Source: Moniliella sp. 'wahieum' (taxonomy: Eukaryota). From it: DNA of 64,000 nucleotides. The translations under genes were made by a program, and so were the position numbers. The notes under the pieces were generated by a model that had not been told where the DNA came from, searched no databases, and worked only from the letters and a program-made list of their open reading frames with translations. Shown piece after piece: positions 11,270 through 24,291 of this stretch; the stretch's first letter is position 1, and the number at the start of each line of letters is the position of its first letter. Location of the stretch: NCBI GenBank assembly GCA_003971905.1, contig RSEE01000087.1, positions 1 through 64,000 on the forward strand, read 5' to 3'.

Positions 11270-11980
11270 GTTAACGGACAACCGCGGTTCTGGGCTCTCA
11301 TTGGTGTGACCGATTTCATCGCGCTCACCCATTGATCGCCTAGTCTAGTGCTTCGCCCTAGCCCCAATCTTTCACAGACCGGTGCGTTCCTCGTGTGGGA
11401 CTGGGACCAGAAGGCCGAGCGCTGGGTGGCGGCGCACTAGCCTTGCTCGACACGAGGCGGGCCTAGCCCCCCGCTGCGCCAATCGACCTGCGCCACCTAA
11501 TAATACGCGCCCACTGCCGCAACGCAGCACCACGTATTGTATCCGCACCACCCGACTCGGTCAGGGTACTGACCGCGTGCCTTGCGTGGGGGGGCAGCTA
11601 GCGATCATCGATCAGTGTCCAACATGACTAGTGACTGTTGATCAACCTTAGGACCTCCAAGGGATTGTACCCCTCAGCTAACCCCCCCGGGCGGGCCCCC
11701 TGGTGGGGCCCGCCTGTGACGTGACATTGTCGCCTGTTGCCAAGGCAAGTGGCAGCCACCGCGGGGCCACTCCCTTCTTGTCAGTACCTTCCTGTTACGA
11801 TATGGCCACTTGGACGGAGGACGGGGGCAGGGCGCAGTGCGTAGTGCATGCGGGACCTGTTGTTGCGGTGTGGGCACGAGCAAGGCCAGGGGACGCAAAG
11901 GGGGCTCGGCTGCGTGGGCGGTACGGTGCCATAGAAGAGAATGGTGTTGTGGGTCCAACCCGTGGCAGGGGAGGCATGTG

Positions 11981-12075
11981 GCCTCTTTGGCTCAGTGGTA
12001 AAGCATCTCACTAGTAGGCTCTGCACCAGTGTCCTGTACATGAGAAGATCGGTCGTTCGATTCGGCCAAGAGGCA
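11981..12075 (+). tRNA. tRNA-Thr(AGU) with a 23-nt intron (12017-12039)
   Basis: Acceptor stem GCCTCTT/AAGAGGC+A; A-box TGGCTCAGTGG; anticodon stem TCTCA/TGAGA with loop CT-AGT-A|intron|A; T arm GGTCG-TTCGATT-CGGCC; downstream TTCTTTT terminator. Confidence 0.95.
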
Positions 12076-12639
12076 TTCTTTTGCAAGTGTGGTGTGGTGT
12101 CGGGTTGTGGGTGTTGTTGGTTTGCGTGCAAGATTCATGGTTCACGCGTCGTCCAGTTCAACGTTCAAGTTCGACGTTCAGGTTCATTCTAATGCCTGTG
12201 TCGGTTATCGATGCTGTGTGGGTGGGTGTGGGAACGGTCACGGATGAGGCAAATGTGCATCAGCTAGGACCGACGTGCCTTAGAGTGGGATGCTCGATGC
12301 CGGGTACACCGGGCCTCGATCGCGTAAGGGGGAGATGAAAGGGGTTCCCATCCGGCAGCTAAGGCCACACCAAACTCAACGCTCGGGTGAGAGGTGAGAT
12401 TGAGAGGTGAGATCTGAGATGAGATCCGTGGGAGGTGGTTACTGATTTGATGATTGTGTTGAAAAGGACAGGATCGAGACGCGATGCGTGGCCCAGCCTG
12501 ACTAGCTGAGTGCTGGGCTATCATGGCCTGCTATGAAAAACAGAACGACGTACTAATAGACACCTCGTATATGCATCGCATTTTTCGCGGTGGCCTGTTG
12601 TGTGTAACACCGAGATATGATCGATGCTGCCGCTCCGGC

Positions 12640-13446
12640 ACGCGTCTCGGAACCGGAAGAAGAGGCTGGAACGGGACACAAGAAAGCAACAGGCAAAGGG
12701 GGAACAAAAACACGCGACACCCGCCCCGCCAAGAAACGCGCCAAGAACCACACCCGAAACACACGACACGAAACACGCCACGAAACACGCCACTCAACAC
12801 GCGACCGCCAACCAGGACGCGACAAGACGCGACGAGACGAGACGCGACGAGACGAACAAAAAAACCAGGCGACGGCGTCCGATCCGATCTAAGATCTAAG
12901 ATCTCGGAGATTGGCCAGTTCGCACTGTCTTCTAAGATCCGAGATCTGAGTGGAGACGAAAAAAAACAATAGGCAGGCTAGATAGCGCAAGCGCAAGCCT
13001 ACCCACAGTATCCACCGGTCCGCCGCAGCGGGGGAGTGGCAGTGGCAGTAGCTAGTAGGGAGGGACGTAAACGCGGTGGATACGCGCGACGCGTGGCGCG
13101 CACACCGATCGCATCCCATCCTATCCCATCGGGGAGCAATGAAGCCGCCCGACTGACTGCGTAAGTGCGCGTAAGTGCTAGTGCCAGAGACGCGTGACTG
13201 ATTCAGCACAGTAATTAAACACGGCGTGCCTGTCCGAATCGCCGCCGCGCCGATCGGATCAGCCGCGCGGCACACTGCCCCCGTGCCTCGCCTAGCGCGT
13301 CGCGTCGCGGCGACGGTGCTGGGACGTCAGTGACTAGTGACCGGTGATGGGCGGCGATGGGGGCGGAGCGGCGGACGCGTCAGTGTGCGGCCGCTGGCGA
13401 CGCGTCGGCTGGGCGGCCGGACGGGGCAGGCAGATAAAAGACGCGT
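12640..13446 (+). promoter_or_regulatory. Cluster of MCB (ACGCGT) and SCB-like (CACGAAA) cell-cycle boxes upstream of RNR2
   Basis: ACGCGT at 12640, 13089, 13190, 13375, 13400 and 13441; CACGAAA at 12767 and 12779. Confidence 0.6.
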
Positions 13447-13545
13447 ATGGGTTGGGCGCGTCCAGCTTCCTCCTCCCACCACCACCACCTCCTCCTCTAC
13501 CACCTCTGTCTCTCTCTTCTTTGTGTGCTTGTGCTGTTGCCCGCC

Positions 13546-14855
13546 ATGGCCCCTCTGCCCTTGTCCACGACGCTGCCCACCCCGAGTTTGCCACGCTCAA
13601 GATGGCCGATGTGGAGCGTGCCAAGCAGGCGACCAAGTCGGCTCCCATGGGCAGCCACCGCTTGATTCGATTCAGCACGCTTTGTCGGCGACGTCGACTT
13701 GCCCGAGAAGGAGGAAGCGCTGCTCAAGGAAAACCCGCGCCGGTTTGTCTTGTTCCCCATCAAGTTCAATGAGGTACGTTGTTGTCCGCCGGAGGGCATG
13801 GCCTGCGCAGAGTTGATTTGCATGCGCATGCGGATGTGGATGGTGCTTTGCTTTTTTGGGTTGGTTCATGTTGCTTACCTCTACCCCTCTCCCCCGCATG
13901 TTCCGTGTGGCCGATAATACCAGATCTGGCAATTCTACAAGAAAGCCGAAGCGTCTTTTGGACGGCGGAGGAGATGGACTTGTCCAAGGACCTGCACGAC
14001 TGGGACACCAAGCTCAACGACAATGAGCGTCACTTTATTTCGCATGTGCTCGCCTTTTTCGCCGCGTCGGATGGGATTGTGAATGAGAATTGGTGGTGGA
14101 GCGGTTTTCGCAGGAAGTGCAGGCGGCCCGAAGCAAGGTGCTTTTACGGGTTCCAAATCATGATGGAAAACATCCATTCGGAAACCTACTCGTTGCTCAT
14201 TGACACGTACATTCGTGACCCGGCGCAGCGCGAGTACCTGTTTGATGCGATCGAGACCATCCCGGTCGTCAAGCAGAAAGCCGAGTGGGCGATGCGGGGA
14301 TTGCGGATGAACGGTCGTCGTTCTCCGAGCGCTTGGTCGCGTTTGCTGCTGTCGAAGGCATTTTCTTCTCGGGCTCGTTTGCTTCGATTTTCTGGTTGAA
14401 AAAGCGCGGTCTCATGCCCGGCTTGACCTTCTCCAACGAACTCATCACACGTGACGAAGGCTTGCATACCGACTTTGCCTGTTCCTCTTTGGCCATCTGC
14501 GCAAACGCGCCCATCCCGACACGATCAACACCATCATCCGCGAAGCTGTCGCGATCGAACAATCGTTCCTCACGGACGCCTTGCCCGTCGCGCTGATCGG
14601 CATGAACGCCAAGCTCATGTGCCAGTACATTGAGTTTGTCGCGGACCGCCTCCTGGTCGCCTTGGGCAACGACAAGCTGTACCACTCGACCAACCCGTTT
14701 GACTTATGGAGAACATCTCCTTGCAGGGCAAGACGAACTTTTTCGAGAAGAAAGTGGCCGAGTACGCGATTGCCGGCGTCAACCATAACGAAAACGACGA
14801 TGGCGATGGCGTCGTCAAGGACGTTCATGCCTTCACCTTGGACGAGGACTTTTGA
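13546..14855 (+). CDS. RNR2: Ribonucleotide reductase small (R2) subunit; one intron (13774-13923); frameshifted in assembly
   Basis: [128 protein letters not shown]-terminal FTLDEDF*. Confidence 0.97.
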
Positions 14856-15479
14856 ACTACTAAACACCATTATTAGTAGGCTAGTACCCTACTACTAAGG
14901 CTACGCTTAAGGTTTTCCCCCACTCAGGTTCTCCTCCCCTTGCTGTGTATACTCGCGATGGCCAAAACCAAACGGGTTCCTTGGCCTGGTGAGTTGGTCC
15001 TGGGTTTCGGGTGGCCAGCTCCCCATTGTGGCTTTTGCTTTTGCTCTTGCTTTCTCGCTTTGTGCTTCTCTTCAGCACTCATCTCCTCTCCTCTTCTGTC
15101 CTCTTCCTCTTCTATCCTCTCCTCTCCTCTCTCTCCTCGCTCCGCTCCGCCCCGCTGCTCTCGGCGCGCATGTCGTGCCATTTTTCCTATTCGCCTAGAC
15201 CCACAGTCGGGCGGGCTGTCTCGGCCTCGGTCTCGGTCTCTGTCTGCTGTACAACAACTGAATGTCTGTCTCGTATGTGTGTGTGTGGTTGCTTTACTTA
15301 GCTTGGCTTGTACTCGTTTGCCTTGGTCTAGCCTGGTCTTACTACTAGTTAGTCGGCGCGCCAAGCGCCAGTGGCCACGTGCCACTGGCTACTGCCGGCA
15401 CGGCTATCGGGAGACCGGTACCTATAGCGTACACGGCAGGTAGAGGAGGAACTTGCTACACCGCCCGTCCTGTCGTACA

Positions 15480-15546
15480 TACACCACCAAAAATACACCA
15501 CCAAAAATACACCACCAAAAATACACCACCAAAAATACACCCCCAA
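15480..15546. repeat. 14-bp tandem repeat (CCAAAAATACACCA) x ~4.5
   Basis: Read directly. Confidence 0.9.
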
Positions 15547-16484
15547 ACCGACCACCTTGGCCGGAACAGGTACGCCTCCGTTGCGCTGGCACCTGGCACC
15601 TGGAACCCAGTACGGTAGGCCTAGAGTATTGGCACTGCGTACGCATACGCCGCGCTCCCACCAGCACCAACCTAATATCCAGCTCAGCCATCCTCTGTCG
15701 CGCTACCTTCCGTAGGACGTACAGGCAGCTGCGACTGCTCGCAGCGTCGCACGGCACACATCTGCCCCTGCATGCTGCGCTCTACGCAGGGAAAGTAAAC
15801 AGGTGTCTGGGGTATCGGGCCAGGGACTCCCTAGGGACTATAGGGACTGGCCCAGTACGTGCCCCTGGGTCGTGGGTCGTGGGTCGTGCACATGCCCGTG
15901 CGTCGTACAGAATTACTATCCAGTGCACCTGCTGCCTCTCTCGTTCCTTATCTCTCCGCATGCAGATCATGGTCATGGGGTGCATCGTCATTGCGGTCGT
16001 GGCCGTGCACCTGGTTTGGTCTGGCTTGGTCTGGCTTGGTCTGGGTTGGAATTGGGGTTGGCGCATGGGCATCGAGCACCGTCGGTGCACGTGTACGCCG
16101 CCCAGGAAGTGGGGTTGAGCGGGGTGCCTGTCCTCAGTCCACCGGCCACTCGGGATGGACCCATGCACACCCTCATACAGGAATACCAAACCCAAACCCA
16201 AAACGAAGAGATCCTGCGTTCACAGTGAAGTTTGCAGCAGGGGTTTGGCAGCCAGTGGCGTGCCCGTGCGAGCCTTGCATCCGCCCTTGCGCGTATGGTC
16301 ACCGTCACGCGCAGGCGAAGCCGATGAGCCCACGCAAGAAGAAATGGAAGAAGTGGAAGAAGGGGAAGGAGAAGAAGAGGAGAGAGAAGGAGATGAGGTG
16401 GGTCACCGTGAACTTGTTCCCCACCGTGTTCTTGTTTGATCTTGAGCTTGTTGTTTTGTTGCTCTGCTTGTTGTTCTTGGCCAT

Positions 16485-17488
16485 CTACCGTGGCACAGTG
16501 AAGCGGGGTACCGTGGTCCGTACCTGTCTCCCTAGGCAAGACGGCCGCGCGCGCAACGGCACGATCCCCGCCAGCGCAGACATCTCGACCACCGCACACA
16601 CCAGATCGTTCACATGGGGGTACGCACACCAACTCGGCCCGGTCGGAGGCTCTTGCTTCGCCAGGGCGGTCGGAGGAGGAAATGCACGTTGGCCACGACC
16701 ATCACGTCGGCCAGCGTGAGCTGCGAGCCGACCAGGTACGTCGGCCGTGCTGCGTCGCACGGGGCGCGTTCGGTTGTGCTCGTGACCGTGGTGGTGTCCG
16801 GATCGGTGTCCGTGGCTGTGGCTGTGGCCGTGGTTGTGGCTTTGGTTGTGGCCAAGGTACGTTCGAGGTAAGCCAACGCGGCTCGCACCTTTCTCTGCGC
16901 GCGCTCGTGCGCGCTCGTTTCCACCGTGGTGGGTGCAGCGGTGTTGGGTTGGTGAGGCAGGTGCCAGTGGCGGTGGGCCAAGAGCAAGGTCGGGGCAAAG
17001 AGGTGCGTGTCGGCCCACTCGAGCCAGGACAGGACGAGGGTTTCGGTGCGCCGGTCAGGACCCAGGAGCGAGGCGTGGTGGCGCCAAGCGAGTAGCAGCA
17101 GGAGCGGCGTGCGCGGCAACTGAACCAACAGGTCGTGGTAACGTGCGTATCGTATCCGTCCAAGGAATGAGGTTAGCCATTGCACCCTCCACTACGCTAT
17201 GCCCACAGTCCAGAGCCCCACCAGCGTGGCGAGGGAAACAGAACAAGAGAGAAAGAGAGAAAGAGAGAGGGGAGACGTACAGTACACAGCGATCGCATGG
17301 GGTTCGGTGAGGCAAAAGCCGTCGGGGGCTTGGAAGATGGGCAGGCTGGTGGGCTGGATCTGGGTGGCAAGCTCGGTGGGCAGGAGGGGCGTGTGGGCGA
17401 CGTTGAGGCCAGCGAGACGGGCAACGGCGAGAAGACGCCAGGTGCGGCTGGCGGTGCGGCTGCCGCCGTAGAGCGTGCCGAAGGACAT
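16485..17488 (-). CDS. Glutathione S-transferase of the eEF1B-gamma N-terminal type
   Basis: MSFGTLYG...LPIFQAPDGFCLTEPHAIAVY; intron donor at 17280; LLG..TETLVLSWLEWADTHL; ALAYLERTL...TYLVGSQLTLADVMV; YPHV. No EF1G C-terminal domain recognised. The 3' end is uncertain. Confidence 0.75.
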
Positions 17489-17861
17489 GATGGTGGGGAT
17501 GGGAATGGAGGTGGAGGTGGTGGTGGTGGTGGAGGCGGTGGAGATGGGGATGGCGTGGGCGAGGACGAGGCGGATGAAGCGGATGATGAAGCTGGAAGCC
17601 GCCAGGGGCTGGTTTAGCCCCTGAGAGGGAGCAAGCATATAAATCCCACAGTCCAGTATACCAAGGCCAGAGAGAGCAAGAGAAAGAGAATAATCACGTG
17701 ACCACCCCGCGCGTCGGGGCGTCTTGGGCGGAACAACACGCCCTCGCGTTGGTTGTGTCCTGCTCGTCGCCGCCGTTGGCATTGCCATTGGCATCGCCAC
17801 CGCCACCGCCATCGCCATCAGTGTCGCCATCAGTGTCGCCACCACCACCAGCGCCACCCCC

Positions 17862-20800
17862 ATGATCTCCACCCCCACCTCCATCCTCCGCCGCGGCCAC
17901 GGCCGCAAGTCCACCGACACTGTCGGCAGCTCCGTCCGCTTCGGCAAGCGCCTCTACGACAATGGCGAGGAGAGCAGCATGAGCCTTTCCTCCTTCTCGC
18001 TCTCCAACATCAGCATCAACGACCATCTCGAGTCTCCCAGTGTGCGTCCCGCCACCGCACCGCCACCGCCACCGCCACCGCCACCGCCGCCACGACTACC
18101 GGCACGCCCTCCACGCCCACACCTCTCTGTCCCCGCCAACGACAGTCTGTTTGACGACGGCCCTCTCGCTCTCCTCGACCCTGCGCCCGAGCCCAGCCTG
18201 CGGCCCGTCTTCCCACCCCGCGCTCTGCCACCGCTGCCTCGGCGCCCCGCCGCAGCCACCGCTGCTCGCCGACGAGGAGAGCTTGTCCTTCAGCACCCTC
18301 CTCCGCGAGGGCAGCAACTTGCAGCGCGGCTATGCCCAGACGCAAGCCGCGTCCCCATCGCCTTCGTCTTCGCCAGCGCCAACACCAGCGCCAGCAGGAG
18401 CACTAGAATCGCCTTCTTCGTCCCCTTCGCATGCTTTTGCTCCCTCGGCCGTGCCTCCGCCTCCGCTCGCCCCGCCCGCAGCCGTGTCGGCGCGCACGAG
18501 CCAGCCACAACACGACCCTTACTCCCCCTTCAACCACGTCCAGCACGCCGCCCCTTCCCTCCCCGCGCCGCGACGCCCTTCCCTCCGAGTTGGACGTATC
18601 GGACGTGTCGGTGTCGGTCGCGTCGGACCCACGTCGCGTCCCGCTCCCACAGTCGCCCCCTCCCCCTCTCACTCTCACTCGCAATCCCTGCCTCGCCCGA
18701 GCCGCACTCGCACTCACACTTGCGCGCCTCCTATTCCCCCGCCCACGCAGCAGATGGCACCACTCGCTCCACCTTGCATCCTTCCGAAGCAAGTCGTCGG
18801 GCCTCTTCTCCCTCGCCCGCAGCCTCCTGGCGCGGGTACTGCTACTGCTACTGGTACTGGTACTGGCACTGGTCCCGTTGCCCCTCGCTCCTCCCTACTT
18901 CCTCCCCCGGCCCTCGCCTCCACGCACAGAGCGCGCGCCTTTACCTTCCGCCTCGTCGCCTTTGCTCCCCCTTGGCCATGCTCATGATCATGCTCATCGC
19001 AATGGTCTTCCTCCCCTGGCACCACCGCCCATCCCACGGCCCAGCTCACTGCCACACCGCCGTACCGGCTACCCCCTCGTACGGTAGCACCGCGACGCTC
19101 TCGCCCCACCCGTACTTGAGCGCCTCGTCGCTCTACCCTTCCTCGCAACGTCGCCCCAGCCGCGGGAAATTCGCGGTCTCGATCGGCGTCTGGATCGGGG
19201 GGGGATGGGAACGAGCATGGGAGCGGGGAGCGGGACGGAGATCAGGACGGGGAGGGATGGGTCGAGCGCGAGCGAGAGCGACTTGCTCCATGCGGTCCAC
19301 GATCTAGATCGCGCCCATGTGGCCTATGCGACCTACTTGCGTGGGTTGCTGTCCCATCGGCATCGGCGTCGGCGTCGGCGTCGCGCGTCCCCGACCCGAG
19401 CCCGAGCCAGAGACCGACCAAGGCGCCGTCATGCGCACCACGAAACGTCCTACCAAACCGCGTTGACTACCCAGGCCCACCTGGCTTCGCCCTCGCCCTC
19501 GCCCTTGGCCCGCCCGGCCTCTGCGCCGTCGACAGTGGGCACCTCGGTACCTACCTCGTCCGGGGGCGGTTACATCTCCGGCTGCGGCTGCTGCTGCGCC
19601 GCTCGCCGCGCTGCACTACCTACCTGACCTAGCGCGTCGTGTGGAGCAAGCGCACCGTGCGCACGCAAGGCAACGCGCGCGCTGGAACACGCAATTGCAA
19701 GCTTTGCAAGAGCAGTGTGCTGCGCTCACCTCGCCCTCGCCAGCGCAGAGGAAGAAACTAAAGTCCAAGTGCAGCGTGCCGACAGGAAGCTGTCCTCCAG
19801 GCTAGTCAGGATGCTCAGGCTGCTTTACTGGCTCATCAGCGCAGGTGGGCCGAGATGCACAGTGCGTCACTGGTGGAGCATACGGCACCGCGTCCGAGGC
19901 GCCCCAGAGCGAGCGCGAGCGCCAGACCAAGGACGAAGGACGAAATGGAGATGGAGATGGAGATGGAGATGGGGACGAGAGTGGGGACGTACGGGAGCGG
20001 TTGTACGATGCGGAAGCGCAAGTGGCTGAGCTGCAGCGTGCGCTGGAGGAGCAAGAAGAGGCGCAGCACGTGGCGGTCCAACGTGCGTGGGAGCAAGCCG
20101 AGTGCGAAGCCGAGGAGCAGCGTCGGTTGTGGCTCGACGAGCAACGTGCTAGCGAGCAAGGGGGGAAGAGGAAGTGCACCATGCCGAGCAGGCGCGCGAC
20201 GAGGCGCGGCGACAACTCGAGGACGCTCAGCGTGCTCAGGAAGACGCGTTGCAAAAGCTGCATGAGCGGACACTGCTCTCCGTCTCGCGCGCGATGAGTG
20301 CGTCCAAGCGCAGCACCTGCGCGACCAGGCTCAGGGCACCCTCGCGGCGCTCCAGATGCAGCTGCAGCAGGTGCAGGACGAGTTGCGTTCGGCCCATGCC
20401 CAGCTCGAAGCCTTCGAGCAGCGCGAAACGCAGCGCGAAACTGAGCGCGAAAACGTACCAGACGCAGCTCGTCCGCATTGACCGTCTCGAACGCCGTAGC
20501 GCCGACCAGGAACTGGAAACTGGTCCGCGTCCAGCGCCACCGCGCACGCCTCGAACACGAACGGTTCAAGTTGGCCATTGCGCTCGAAGCTAAGCAGGCC
20601 GAAGGGACCATTTGCGTCGCACCTACTCCCTTCGTCCCTCGCTTCGCCGCTAGCTCTTTGCACTTGCCCCGCGCTTCGCGGGACTGGTCCCTCCACCCCC
20701 TTGGCTTCGGCTTTGGCCCCGCCCACTCCGGCTACAGCGTCATCCGCAGCTTGTTGCCCTTTTCTGCGTCGGCGCTACGGTCCGAAAGAGAGGGAGCGGG

Positions 20801-21011
20801 ACAGGCACAGGCACAAGAGGTTCCCCCGCGCCACGAGCCACCAAGACCAGGACCGGGACCGGGACCAAGAACGAGGGGAGAGAGACCAGACGACCTTCTT
20901 CGCCCACCTCGTCTGTCGCATCGAGCTCGGCCGCGCGAGTTGGAGTTGGAGCGAGAGTTGGAGCAGGAGTTGGAGGCGGAGGCGGAAGCAGTGGGAGGAG
21001 GAGCAAGTTAG
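17862..21011 (+). CDS. Hypothetical Ser/Pro-rich protein with a C-terminal coiled coil (frameshifted)
   Basis: Long overlapping plus-strand ORFs. Heptad-like E/Q/R/A segments (VRERLYDAEAQVAELQRALEEQEE; EQARDEARRQLEDAQRAQEDALQKL). Boundaries are uncertain. Confidence 0.55.
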
Positions 21012-21468
21012 CTGGGGTTGCTCACCATGCCCATGCGCATTCCCATGCGCATTCCCATGAGCATTCCCATTCCCATGTTCATGCTCGGAAACCGCAGCAC
21101 CAGTCTCGGCAGCAACAGCAGCTACGACAGCTATGGCGGCTACCAAGTCCCCGCTCGGCCATTGGCCAACAAGGAGAATGTCAAGATGGAGTAGCCACGC
21201 CCGTGGCGCGCACGGCGCGACGACGCAGGCTCCGCCCGCTGCGCGCCTGAGGTGTAACCCTGAGGTGGAGCAGCTAACAGCGGTCAGAACGGTGCGGAAT
21301 ATCCTAGCTGCCCGGCGAGTGGTGTAGTGTGTGTAGTGTGTAGTATGGGGCATAGGAGGGGTAGGTAGCTTGGCAGGCGCAACGGCGCGAGCGGTAGCCA
21401 AGAGTTGTGGCGCGATGGAGCTCGGGTGGGTTGAGGGAGCGACGGCGAGTTAGGCGTCGGCCCGATCG

Positions 21469-24291
21469 CTATCGCATTGCCACGCCATCGCCATCGCCAT
21501 CGCCATTGGGATCGCCATTGGGATCGGGCGGGAGGACATGGAAAGTGGGGCTGGTGCCGGTGAAGCGGGTCAACTCGCCGGACCAGGCCTTGGCCGCGCC
21601 AAAGTACACGATGCGGTACACGCCAGGCGCCGTGTGGGGCTCAATCGCCCACGCAATGCTCACCTGGCTCGTCCCGCCCACCAAGCTCGTCGGCGTCCAG
21701 CGCATCGTCGTCGTGTGGTGCGCATCTGTCCGTACCGTCCGCCACGTCCCGCCCATGTCCACGTCCACGTCCACGTCCATGCCCGCCGCCGCGTTCACGT
21801 CACGCCCGCCGCCGCGTCCACGTCCGACGAGACAAGGCTGCACCACAAAGTGGCTCTCGCCAGCCGCACATCGTTCCGCGGGTTGGCCGCGACAAAGGAG
21901 ACGGTGACGTTGCTGGAGCTGGCATGTGCGCCGACGGGCGCCAAGCCGGGCGCGGTGGTGGGCGGGACGCGGTAAGTGGTCTGTGGCGCATGGAGCAGTT
22001 GACCAAAATGTTTTCCGCGTCCAGGACGGTCGATCACCACTCCCGGTACCAGCTCTGGCGCGCGACCCACGTTGGTCGGCACAACGTCCCCTTGGCGGTG
22101 GCGGCGCGCCCTCCCGCAGCGCAGGCACCAGCACCCGCGCATAAATGTCTGTCAACGCAGTTAATGTCCACGGCCCAAATACTGTTGCTCCACCTTCGTA
22201 CCGCTGCACCGCGTACTCCTCCTCGGTCGTGATGTAGTGCGCGTACGTGTTGCCCGGGCCGGTGAGCAGCACCAGTGGCTCGCGCCGCCACCATCACCGT
22301 CAAACCCGGGCAGGTGCGCGCGGATCGAAGCGCGCACAGCCGCCTTGAGCCCCCCAGCCATCGTCGTCTCCCCCGGCACGACCAGGACGAACAAGTTGCC
22401 CGTCTGGAAGAGCTGGGTCTCGACTGCCGATGGGCTCCAGGCGTAGGGCCAGGTCAAGACGCCCGTGTCGAGCAGGATGGCCTTGGGCTCGTGCGCGGCC
22501 TGTTGCGCGGCCGACGGCTCGTGCACCACCGGTCGCAGGAACCGCCATAGAGGGTTGGTCCAGTCGCCCACAGTGTGGCCTTGGTGAAAGTCGAACTGCC
22601 CGGGCCCATCGTCGTGCCACCAGCAAAGGCGAACCCGAGCGACGCTGGGCGGGTCGAGACGCGCGTGCCGTTGGGTAAGGTAACGGTATAGTTGCTCAGG
22701 TCGACGGTCCACTTGACCACGCGCGTTGCGCCCGCTACGCGTGTAAAGTTGGATGCGGGCAAAGCCAACAGCTTCAGAGCCGTATCCGCTTGCTTGGCCC
22801 CAATCAGCTCGTTCGACCGCCAATCGTACCCGCCCGTCGGGGCCATCTGTCTTGGCCTCGTCCCGTGCCCGGGCCCGCGCGAGTGACAGGTGGTGGTCGT
22901 GTTGCGCTGCAGCAGGCCGAAGAGAAAGGGTACGCGGCACGTGGACGTGCGCGCATCGCACGGCTGGTTGCTGCCTTCGCAAAACGATCCGAGGTGTGGG
23001 CGACGTGTCGCCGACGGACGCCTGGGCAAAGCCGGCGATAAATGCGATGGTACCGGGAGCTTGGTCCAGCGCGTCCGACGCAGCTCTGACGGGCTACGAC
23101 CCCGAGCAAGCGCTTGCTTCTCAGCTTGCTTCTGCTCGACGAGAAACGCTGCAAGGCCCTTGTTGTCCGACGAGGTCAAGGTGTTGTTCGGCTTGAGCGA
23201 CGTACCATGCACAGCATACCAACTCACAAACCCACGCACTGCCCCGTCCGTGTCCCGGAACCGCACCAGCGCAAATCATCGTCCTGCTCACTGTCCCAGT
23301 ACGCCCGCTCCGCCTCGGGGTTCGCCGCGTACGCCAGAGGCGACCGGTTGACGTGCGCATCAGCCAGCGTCGTGTTGGCAAAGTCGAGCTGGAGCGCACG
23401 AGCGCAGCGCTCGCGGCCGCGGCATGGCTGTCCGAACGGGCTGCTGGTGCGCTCAACCAAGTCGACGACCGTCGCGCGACGCTGCTCAAGTCGTGGTGCG
23501 CACGCAGCACCGCGCGGTAACACCCTCGACAATCGCATCCACCGTTTGCCGACTGATGCCCAGGTTGGTCACGGTGGGAAGGAGCGTGTTGTGGTAGCCG
23601 GCCATGCCGGCGTGGTTGTGGGTCCCGACCAGCGCTACGTTTCGCTCGCCGTACAGCCGGGGTAGGCGCTGCGCAGCCGGTGAACCAGCGCACGCCGGAC
23701 CGCCGTATCGCCCATGCACAGGTCGGCGTTCACCAGCACCCACCGGTCCGGCGCCGTCGACTGGGTCCAGCCCGCCCGGGTCGGCGAGCGGGTCGGCAGT
23801 GGCATTGCCGGTGGCGGTGGCAGTGGTGATGGTGGTGGTGGTGGCAATGGCGCGGCGTTCACCGGCCCCGAGGGCAGAGCCAACGATAAATGCGCGCGCC
23901 CAAGTGCGCATGTGGATGCCCTGGTTGAACTGCTCCATCGTCGCATAGCCCATCATGTTGGTCTGCACGATCGGGCCGGTAATGTCGTCGATGCCGAGGC
24001 CAAAGACGGTGTGATGGGCGGCACGACGCAGTGCGTCGGGCGGGTAACTCGGTAGTTTTCTGGCTTGCTCGTCGCGAGCCGCGGGAACCCCGTTGAGGAT
24101 ACCTCCAGCCCCACGTACGGCAGCGGGGGGTACCGGTTCCCGCGCGGACGCAGCACTGGTGGGATCCACCGGTCCACCCGCCCTGCCAGCACCGCAGGCA
24201 CCGCAGGCACACGCGCCACCACAGCAAGCACCACAGCCACCAGCGCCACCAGCACCGCGCTCAGCAGCATCGCCCCGCGCGCCCCGCGCAT
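21469..24291 (-). CDS. Neutral/alkaline non-lysosomal ceramidase (frameshifted)
   Basis: N-terminal hydrophobic signal; GLGIDDITGP..NMMGYA..Q..GIHMR..ARAFIV; GTHNHAG; NRSPLAYAANP; WYAVHGTSL..NNTL.SSDNKGLAA; GDVSP; FAGGTTDGPG; VPGE.TTMAG; NTYAHYITTEEEY.VQRYEGG.T.FGP; AANPRND. Confidence 0.95.
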
